From: Gemmatimonadota bacterium
GTDB lineage: Bacteria; Gemmatimonadota; Gemmatimonadetes; Gemmatimonadales; GWC2-71-9
Assembly (NCBI GenBank): GCA_039589615.1
Contig: JBDHHA010000010.1
Location: forward strand, 2,824 to 66,823
Length of the DNA stretch: 64,000 nucleotides
Reading direction: 5' to 3'
The stretch's first letter is position 1, and every line of letters starts with the position of its first letter. Position numbers and translations under genes: made by a program. Positions 57,307 to 64,000 of this stretch are shown one piece after another. The notes under the pieces were generated by a model that did not search any database, was not told the origin of the DNA, and saw nothing but the letters and a program-made list of their open reading frames with translations.

Positions 57307-58335
57307 CTACGCCTGCGCCACCACCACCCGGTTCCGTCCCTCCTCCTTGGCTTGCTGCACCGCACGCGACGCCGCCTCCATCAGATCGTCCACGTCCGAC
57401 ACCGTGTCGGGGATCGACGCGACGCCCAGGGAACACGTGAGTGGGTGTTTCTCCTCAGAGCCAAAGTCCGTTTCGCTCACGGCCACCCGCACTCGCTCGG
57501 CCACCATGATGGCCTGGTCCAGCGCCGTATCCGGAAGGAACAGGGCGAACTCCACTCCTTCGAGGCGCGCCGGCACGTCGTACTCCCGGAGCGTGCTGCG
57601 GAGAATGGTGGCGATCTGCCTGAGAACGGAGTTGACCATCCCGCGATCAAGCTCCGCCGATTGATCGATGTCGGCCCGGACCAGGCAGCACTCCTTGCGG
57701 AGCATGTCGTGCATTGCGTGCTCGAGGCCCTCGCGATTGGGTTGGCCCGTGACCTCGTCGAGGAGTCCCTGCTTCTCGGCCGTCAGATGTGCCAGGGTCC
57801 GCCCAATCACCCGGCCCGCCTGCTTCCCGAGGGTGGCCAGCTGCTCGCTCGTCGAGCGGTCCACCAACTCGGGAGGAGCGAACACCACGAGGGCGCCGAC
57901 GCTCCGGTGACCCTCGAGGAGCGAAAAAGCCACTCCTTGATGCTCTCGCCCACGGCGATCCGCATGCCGCTCGCCGAGAAGATCCTCCGAGCCGAGGCCG
58001 TACGCCGTGACGTCCCCAACGCACGCGCGCCCGGCCGCTGACCCGGGGGCCACGAGGGTCCCCAGGAGGCGACGGTCCGCCCCCGTGGACGCGGCCACGA
58101 CCGACGCCGTCTCCGTGGTGGGATCCCGGACGATGACGGCCGCCGGGCAATGGGTCAGGCGGCTGGCCGCATCGGCCAGGCTGAATCCGATGCCCTCGAC
58201 GGTCTGCGGGATCAACCAGCTGGGCGTGTAACGCGGTTCTCGTACTGCCTTGGTTTCATCGGTCATGGAATCTCCCGACAGTGACGGCGCCGAGCCACTG
58301 CTCTGGTATTGAGCATCTTCTCTCGGATCATACAT
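57307..58335 (-). CDS. GAF domain protein with a degenerate GGDEF domain (EGVEF) that retains an RxxD I-site
   Basis: The GGDEF-fold landmarks TGQPNREG and DIDQSAELD are present. The active-site motif reads REYDVPARLEGVEFALFLP, which has the same spacing as canonical RxxD-x5-GGDEF. Confidence 0.8.
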   Translation of the reverse strand: MYDPREDAQYQSSGSAPSLSGDSMTDETKAVREPRYTPSWLIPQTVEGIGFSLADAASRLTHCPAAVIVRDPTTETASVVAASTGADRRLLGTLVAPGSAAGRACVGDVTAYGLGSEDLLGERHADRRGREHQGVAFSLLEGHRSVGALVVFAPPELVDRSTSEQLATLGKQAGRVIGRTLAHLTAEKQGLLDEVTGQPNREGLEHAMHDMLRKECCLVRADIDQSAELDRGMVNSVLRQIATILRSTLREYDVPARLEGVEFALFLPDTALDQAIMVAERVRVAVSETDFGSEEKHPLTCSLGVASIPDTVSDVDDLMEAASRAVQQAKEEGRNRVVVAQA

Positions 58336-58606
58336 CGTCGGACCTCTCTTTGCGATCGAGCAAAGTGATCGCTCCGCGACCAGATGCTCTTGATTGACAA
58401 AAGGTTACCCCACGTCCTAGACGGTGGCCACGTGGACCGCCGCCGGAACGTCCACGCGGATGTCGATCCCGTCGAGTAGAAGCCCCGACACCCGGGGCCA
58501 GATTCCGCTCCATATCGTAGGCGGGAACTGGAGGGCGGGATTCAGCGTTGCCGGTTGATCGCGGGTCGTGGGACCGCGGCGCAGCCCACCTTTGAAGGAG
58601 GCAGGA

Positions 58607-59551
58607 ATGAGCGAGAAGATCATTGTGGTAATGGGAGCGACCGGCGCGCAGGGGGGAGGCCTGGTCCGGGCGATCCTCGACGACGAGCACAGTGAGTTTG
58701 CGGTTCGGGCCGTCACCCGGAACCCAGATTCCGACAACGCAAGGGCCCTCGCCGCTGCCGGGGCCGAGGTGGTCCAGGCCGACCTGGATGACGTGGCCAG
58801 CCTGACACAGGCGTTCCAGGGCGCCCACGGCGCGTTCTGCGTCACCAACTTCTGGGAACACTTCTCCCCCCAGAAGGAGACGGAGCAGGGCAAGAACCTG
58901 GCGGAGGCGGCCAAGGCCGCCGGCGTCCAGCATGTGATCTGGTCCACCTTCGAGGACACGCGGGACTTCATTCCGTTGAACGACGACCGGATGCCCACCC
59001 TCCAGGAGCACTACAAGGTCCCGCACTTCGATGCCAAGGCGGACGCCAACAAGCACTTCGACGGCCTGCCGACCACCTTTCTCCTGACGTCAGCGTACTT
59101 CGACAACTTCATCACGTTCGGGTGGGGCCCCCAGAAGGCGGAAGACGGTTCGCTGTTCGTGGTCTTCCCCATGGATGACGCGAAGCTCCCCATCATCTGG
59201 GCGGAGGACATCGGCCGCTGCGCGTACGGCATCTTCAAAGCCGGCGATGAGTTCATCGGCCAATCCGTGGGCGTTGCCGCCGAGCACCTCACCGGTACCG
59301 AGATCGCGGACGCCCTGTCGGACGCGCTCGGGCGGCTCGTCACCTACAACGCCGTTCCGGCGGATGTGTACCGCGGCTTCGGTTTCCCCGGCGCCGACGA
59401 CGTCGGCAACATGTTCCAGTTCAAGCGGGATTGTCAGGACGCGTACCTGGGTCACCGCAACCTGGACGTGTCCCGTCGGCTCAATCCCGAGCTAACGACG
59501 TTGCGGGATTGGTTGAGCGACAATGCGAGCCGGATTCCGATGCCGACCTGA
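58607..59551 (+). CDS. NmrA-family NAD(P)-binding protein
   Basis: Internal ATG is preceded by GAAGGAGG. Rossmann VMGATGAQGG. NmrA-like length and pattern. Confidence 0.8.
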   Translation: MSEKIIVVMGATGAQGGGLVRAILDDEHSEFAVRAVTRNPDSDNARALAAAGAEVVQADLDDVASLTQAFQGAHGAFCVTNFWEHFSPQKETEQGKNLAEAAKAAGVQHVIWSTFEDTRDFIPLNDDRMPTLQEHYKVPHFDAKADANKHFDGLPTTFLLTSAYFDNFITFGWGPQKAEDGSLFVVFPMDDAKLPIIWAEDIGRCAYGIFKAGDEFIGQSVGVAAEHLTGTEIADALSDALGRLVTYNAVPADVYRGFGFPGADDVGNMFQFKRDCQDAYLGHRNLDVSRRLNPELTTLRDWLSDNASRIPMPT

Positions 59552-59558
59552 ACCTTCC

Positions 59559-59588
59559 GGGTGGGTCGTCCCCCACGATGACCCACCC
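59559..59588 (+). terminator. Hairpin immediately after the NmrA-family gene stop
   Basis: GGGTGGGTCGTC-CCCCAC-GATGACCCACCC. It forms 11 Watson-Crick pairs plus one G-U pair. There is no U-tract. Confidence 0.35.
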
Positions 59589-59860
59589 TGCCTGCACCGC
59601 ACCATGCGATCCTGCAAGGCGGGCCCCTCCGCTGGCGGCGACACCGCTCCAGCGAGCATTGGTGTCGAGGCGAAGGCAACAAGGACCATGTATGCCATTC
59701 GCACGAGTGAGCGCTAAGCTCGCGGAGAGTAGGGGTTTCCGCCGACCCAGCTACCCACAGCGTCTCGCCTAGGATTCCCTATCCTTGGCGAGTCGAGTCT
59801 GGCCTTGCCGGCCAGCTGCGAGGAACGCAGGTGGGTCCGAAAGGCGGAGATCGCCGCCGG

Positions 59861-59876
59861 TGGCACGTCAAAAGCG
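59861..59876 (+). promoter_or_regulatory. Sigma-54-type -24/-12 element candidate (TGGCACG-N4-AAGC)
   Basis: TGGCACGTCAAAAGCG read directly. The GG-N10-GC spacing is correct. The -12 region has GC but lacks the usual TT. Confidence 0.25.
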
Positions 59877-60004
59877 GGTATTGGACTTGTGACCGGACTC
59901 ACAAGCAAGGCCCGCCATTCACACACGCCATTAGGAATTCTTCATCCGTTCGATCGGCCTCCCGAGCAAATGCGGGCCCTGAAACTTTCTACCTGATCGC
60001 TCGT

Positions 60005-60027
60005 AGTATACTTACGATGAGTATACT
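60005..60027. promoter_or_regulatory. Two copies of the perfect palindrome AGTATACT (15-bp phase): candidate PadR operator
   Basis: AGTATACTtacgatgAGTATACT read directly, about 65-90 nt upstream of the PadR ATG at 60094. Confidence 0.4.
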
Positions 60028-60093
60028 TGTCGACATTAGAAGCCCCGGCAACAAATTGATCCGTGCTGGAGGCTAGAACCCGTGGTGGTCATC

Positions 60094-60465
60094 ATGAGTG
60101 AGAAGACGAAGAAACACGACCTTGGCGACTTGCTCCCGCTGCGACCGGTGGAATTTCTGGTGCTCTTGGTGTTGGCTGATGGTGAACGTCACGGCTACCG
60201 CATGGTCAAAGACATAGCCGAGCGCACTGACGGCGCGGTGAAGCTCCTGCCAGGGAATCTCTATGCCGTGTTGCAGAGGCTCATGGAAAGCCGGCTTCTG
60301 GTCGAATCGTCTCGTCGGCCCGCCAAGGATCTGGACGACCAACGCCGCCGCTACTATCGCATCACAAAGCTGGGTAAGGACGTGCTGACGGCAGATGCGG
60401 CACGAATGAAGAGCCTGGTACAACAGGTTGAAGCTCGGAACCTCCTCAGGGCGGATGCACGATGA
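60094..60465 (+). CDS. PadR family transcriptional regulator
   Basis: Winged-helix pattern [22 protein letters not shown]...[19 protein letters not shown]...[11 protein letters not shown]. Confidence 0.9.
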   Translation: MSEKTKKHDLGDLLPLRPVEFLVLLVLADGERHGYRMVKDIAERTDGAVKLLPGNLYAVLQRLMESRLLVESSRRPAKDLDDQRRRYYRITKLGKDVLTADAARMKSLVQQVEARNLLRADAR

Positions 60466-63179
60466 AACGGCATTCTCACCCACGCAAGCCCTCCGTATGG
60501 GAGAGACTCTACTGTCTGCTATTACGGTGTTATCCAGCTCATGTACGCCGGGCAGTCGCTCAGGACATGACCGACGTCTTTCGAGACATGTACGAGGCCG
60601 AGCGGCGTCAGAGCGGTTTGCTCGGTGTTGCCGTGTTCTTGCTGCGTGCCAACATCGAAGTGCCGTACAAGGCTGCACTCGCCCACAGTGACCGCTGGTT
60701 CGGCTCCCCGAACGGGTCCGGGCGCCGTGACCGAAACATCCCGCGCAAAGGACGCTTGTTCGAGTCCGCGATTCTGGATATCCGCTACTCCCTGCGGTCA
60801 CTGCGGAAACGTCCGCTTTACACCGTTGTTGCCGTACTCACACTCGGGCTTGGGATCGGCGCGGCCACGTCAATGTTCAGCGTCATCGACGGTGTGCTGT
60901 TGAAACAACTCCCGTATCGGGAACCTGGCCAATTGGTGACCGCCTGGATCAGCCGTCCCGAGTGGGGTCAACACATGAACTTCAGGGACGATCAGTATCG
61001 CCTCTGGCGAGAGAACAACACTCTGTTTCAGGATGTGGCGATCTACAACGCAAGCCAGTGGGGACAGGGCACCCTGACTGGAACAGAGCGACCCGAGAGA
61101 GTCTCCTTGGGAACCGCCACTGCATCCGTCTTGTCCGTGCTGGGAGTTAGTCCAAGCCTGGGCCGTTGGTTCCTGCCGAGGGAGGAAGGAACGGAACCCG
61201 GCGGGGCGGCCCCTGTCGCTGTCGTGAGTTTTGAGTTTTGGACACGCATTTTCGGGGCAGACCCGGACGTGCTCGGTCAGACCATCGTTCTCGATGGTAT
61301 CGGTCGGACGATTGTGGGTGTGCTGCCGGAAGGTTTCCGACTGCGCTGGCTCACCGAGTCACCTCTTGGCACCCGCGAGGTCGCCAGCAAAGAAGTCTGG
61401 CTGCCCTTCGGTCAGTCGTACGACTGCATCGGGTGCGGGTCCAGCATGTACCAATCGATCGGAAGGCTGAAGCCCGGCGTCACCATAGACCAGGCGCTGG
61501 CCGAGACCCAGACCATCGTCGCAAGCACTGCGGACTCTGACGACGCGACAGTCAGACTCGTCCCTCGCGAGGAAGATGAAACCCGAGGTCTGGATTCACC
61601 GCTGTTGTTGCTTCTGGCAGCCACCGGCCTACTGCTCTTGATCGCGTGCGGGAACATCGCAACGCTGTCACTGGGAGAGATGCAGGGACGTCGCCAGGAA
61701 CTCGCGACACGCTCGGCGCTTGGCGCGGGCAGTGTTCGGATCATGCGCCAACTCCTGACGGAAAGCCTGTTGCTGGGTCTGTTGGGTGGCGCGGTCGGAG
61801 TACTCGTCGCAATCGCGGGAACACGTGGTTTGTTAATGCTGGCTCCACCGATTCCGCGAATCGACCAGGTGGGCGTGAATGGTCTCGCTCTGGCTTTTGC
61901 GGCAACGCTGGGCACCCTGGCTGGGCTTGTATTCGGAACCGTACCATCGATCCTTGCGGCCCGGTCTTCAATCGGCGCGGCTCTGCGTGCATCGGGGCGT
62001 ACGGGGACGGGGCGGGTCCGCCGGTTTCAGAGAACCGTTGTAGTGCTGGAGGTCGCGCTCGCGGCAGTGCTGCTCGTAACAGGCGGCCTGCTCGCCCGCA
62101 GCCTGTCGCGACTACGCGCGGTCGATCCGGGATTTGCAGCTGCCAGCCTAGCCACCCTCCACGTGTCACTTCCTGAAGGTCAATACGCAACACAGGAGAC
62201 CCATACCGCATTCGTCGTCGAGGTACTGCAACAGCTCGAGATGATCCCCGGTGTTCAGGCAGTTACAGCGGCCAACAGCCTTCCGTTCCCGGGCACCACA
62301 GCCGGTTGGGGCGTGCGTGATGAGGCAACGGACCCGAGCCTGCACCGGCTGAGAGGCAGGCTCTTCCACGTCGCTCCTGGATTCCACGAGATGATGGGCA
62401 TCCCCCTCGTGCAGGGTCGGACGTTCACCGATGCGGACAGCCCGAACGCACCGTCTGTCACGGTGGTAAGCGAAGCGTTGGCACACCGTCTGTGGCCCAA
62501 CGAAGACCCCGTCGGTCGTCGGTTGGTGTACCCGTGGACTACCGTTACGGTAGTCGGGGTTGTCGGGGACGTTCGGCAAGAGACCCTTGGGGCGCCGCAT
62601 GATTTAGTTTTCTACGTCCCATTCTCCCAGTTCACGCGAGCCGATGTGAGCTTCGCGGCCCGAACCTCGGGCGATCCGACGCATGTGATCCCCCTGATGC
62701 GCAACGCGGTATGGTCATTGGATCGGGACTTGGCAATCACGCAAAGCGGCACGATGGCTTCGCTCATCTCGCGCTCGGCAAGTGATGAACGATACCGCAC
62801 ATTACTGATGGGTGTGTTTGGAGTCCTGGCGTCAGTGCTGGCGGGCGTCGGGGTATTCGGCGTGACAGCCCGCGCGGTGGCTCTACGCACGAGGGAGATG
62901 GGAATCCGAATGGCCCTGGGGGCGCGGGAAGCCGGGATGGTGACAGCCATCTTGGGTGGTTCGATGGTCACCAGCCTACTTGGCATAACTGTCGGTGTCT
63001 TCGTTGCGCTTTGGGTGAGCCGTGCTGTGTCAGGCTTTCTGTTCGATGTCGAACCCTCTGACCCACTCACTTACGCGCTGGTTGCTGCTTCACTCTTGAT
63101 CCTCTGTCTGTTGGCCAGCTATCTGCCAGCACGGCGAATTACGAGGGTCAACCCGATCGACGTGTTGAGGACAGAGTAG
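60462..63179 (+). CDS. ADOP-type duplicated ABC permease (two MacB/FtsX-like halves) with an N-terminal permease-prefix domain
   Basis: 905 aa. The start overlaps the PadR stop. Two repeats of periplasmic domain plus FtsX-type 3-TM bundle, ending ...[16 protein letters not shown]. No ATPase gene is adjacent. Confidence 0.85.
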   Translation: MKRHSHPRKPSVWERLYCLLLRCYPAHVRRAVAQDMTDVFRDMYEAERRQSGLLGVAVFLLRANIEVPYKAALAHSDRWFGSPNGSGRRDRNIPRKGRLFESAILDIRYSLRSLRKRPLYTVVAVLTLGLGIGAATSMFSVIDGVLLKQLPYREPGQLVTAWISRPEWGQHMNFRDDQYRLWRENNTLFQDVAIYNASQWGQGTLTGTERPERVSLGTATASVLSVLGVSPSLGRWFLPREEGTEPGGAAPVAVVSFEFWTRIFGADPDVLGQTIVLDGIGRTIVGVLPEGFRLRWLTESPLGTREVASKEVWLPFGQSYDCIGCGSSMYQSIGRLKPGVTIDQALAETQTIVASTADSDDATVRLVPREEDETRGLDSPLLLLLAATGLLLLIACGNIATLSLGEMQGRRQELATRSALGAGSVRIMRQLLTESLLLGLLGGAVGVLVAIAGTRGLLMLAPPIPRIDQVGVNGLALAFAATLGTLAGLVFGTVPSILAARSSIGAALRASGRTGTGRVRRFQRTVVVLEVALAAVLLVTGGLLARSLSRLRAVDPGFAAASLATLHVSLPEGQYATQETHTAFVVEVLQQLEMIPGVQAVTAANSLPFPGTTAGWGVRDEATDPSLHRLRGRLFHVAPGFHEMMGIPLVQGRTFTDADSPNAPSVTVVSEALAHRLWPNEDPVGRRLVYPWTTVTVVGVVGDVRQETLGAPHDLVFYVPFSQFTRADVSFAARTSGDPTHVIPLMRNAVWSLDRDLAITQSGTMASLISRSASDERYRTLLMGVFGVLASVLAGVGVFGVTARAVALRTREMGIRMALGAREAGMVTAILGGSMVTSLLGITVGVFVALWVSRAVSGFLFDVEPSDPLTYALVAASLLILCLLASYLPARRITRVNPIDVLRTE

Positions 63180-63445
63180 AGGCGGTGGCAGAGTGATCTG
63201 CGTTTCTCGGAGGGTAACAATCTTGGGGATTCCAGAGCGCAAAGAGCGTCAGTAGGAGAAACCCCTACGGGGCACACCCACGCGAAGGGAATGGTTCCAT
63301 GCATTCACGAACCCTGTTGGTCTCGCAAGGTGATGGTGTACGTGCCAATCCAGCATCTGAAGCAGGTTGTCCAGAGTGATGAGCCCGCCCCATTCCGGCC
63401 GCTCAAATGTGCGTTTGGATTCCTCAGGTTCCACGCTCCGCGACC

Positions 63446-63931
63446 TCAGCTAACTGCCCCTTCTTTCCCAACGAGACGGCGGACCAAGCCGGTCTGCCCC
63501 AAGTGGTATGCCTCGTGGAAGACGAGGCTAGCCAGAACAATCGCCTTCTCGACTTCCTCCCCGAACCAAGACACCTTGACCGCCAGCTCCTCCTCTGACA
63601 GAGCTTCGATACCCGCGATGATAGCCTCCTGCGACTTCTCGAAGTCGGCAAGGATTTCGTCGATCGGGACCACCGCCTCCTCGGGACCCTCGATCGGCGG
63701 AGAATGGCGGCGATAGCGTTCAGCCTTCTCTTCACTCCATATGGTGGGTTGGCCAGCCAGCTCTAACGTCTGGTTTCGTGTCGCCACCATATGACCCAGA
63801 ATCCAGTTCAAGCAGTTTCCGCCAGGCGCAGGCTGTACCAGACTGTCCTCATTGGTGAGCCCCTGGGTGTTCATCTTGAGCACGCGTTGGATGTACCCGA
63901 GCTGTGCCAAGAGTCCAGGATAAGTGGTCAT
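63446..63931 (-). CDS. DinB family protein
   Basis: The second ATG (MTTYPGLL...) is preceded by AAGGAG. DinB His pattern: NWILGHMV ... FHEAYHLGQ. Confidence 0.75.
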   Translation of the reverse strand: MTTYPGLLAQLGYIQRVLKMNTQGLTNEDSLVQPAPGGNCLNWILGHMVATRNQTLELAGQPTIWSEEKAERYRRHSPPIEGPEEAVVPIDEILADFEKSQEAIIAGIEALSEEELAVKVSWFGEEVEKAIVLASLVFHEAYHLGQTGLVRRLVGKEGAVS

Positions 63932-64000
63932 GAGTGCTCCTTTCTCTGCCACCGCTAAGTGGTCTTGTGTCTCATCAGCCGTTGGACCGCCCTCGGATGA

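Noticed and set aside
58394-58423. Perfect TTGACA hexamer in the GAF-GGDEF/NmrA divergent spacer, plus a CTTTGC-GATCGA-GCAAAG hairpin near 58350.
   Set aside because: No acceptable -10 hexamer lies at 16-18 nt (CTAGAC/TAGACG). The evidence is too weak to call a promoter.
63249-63434. 61-aa ORF with a DinB-like C-terminal helix (LLQMLDWHVHHHL).
   Set aside because: It is too short to be a functional DinB fold. It has no RBS and mixed codon bias. It is probably a gene remnant or chance ORF, mentioned only as context for the compositional shift.
1-64000. Search for rRNA, tRNA, tmRNA, SRP RNA, RNase P RNA, CRISPR repeats, transposases, integrases, phage genes, toxin-antitoxin pairs and known defence genes.
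   Set aside because: None was recognised. No T-loop-like GGTTCGAATCC-type motifs, no regularly spaced identical repeats and no DDE, tyrosine-recombinase or reverse-transcriptase motifs appear in any credible ORF. A covariance-model scan (Infernal, tRNAscan-SE) would be needed to exclude small RNAs.

Overview
High-G+C, densely coding chromosomal segment with about 57 supportable CDS. I found no rRNA, tRNA, CRISPR array, transposase, integrase or phage gene. The gene content suggests a Gemmatimonadota- or Acidobacteria-like organism: PadR plus an orphan ADOP/MacB-type duplicated permease, a compact 285-aa RpoD-like sigma factor, many SPOR, beta-propeller and secreted hydrolase proteins. This taxonomic call is inference only.

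Housekeeping genes are well supported: rsfS, smc, the rpmE-prfA-prmC-tmk operon, rimO, an RpoD-like sigma factor, argS and a cyclophilin PPIase. Accessory blocks sit between them:
- A Mla/MCE-type operon at 17.6-20.7 kb.
- A sigma-54 enhancer-binding regulator coupled to thpR.
- A 10-kb island of secreted serine hydrolases and peptidases.
- A group of secreted beta-propeller and Ig-like proteins, one of them frameshifted.
- A c-di-GMP signalling cluster.
- A visibly lower-G+C right end carrying PadR, the ADOP permease and DinB.

I do not see a recognisable defence, toxin-antitoxin, retroelement or biosynthetic system. The most unusual items are:
1. The Mla/MCE-type operon (17.6-20.7 kb). Its only ABC nucleotide-binding protein has every catalytic motif degenerate, and its last gene is translationally coupled to an HD-GYP c-di-GMP phosphodiesterase.
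2. A secreted protein with nine ankyrin repeats fused to a TonB C-terminal domain, sitting between two beta-lactamase-fold hydrolases in one operon.
3. A Walker-A-less MinD/BY-kinase-like domain fused to a TM segment and two SPOR domains, directly upstream of smc.
4. A degenerate GGDEF protein that keeps an intact I-site, inside the c-di-GMP cluster.

All functional calls come from reading motifs by eye in the supplied translations. None has been checked against a database.
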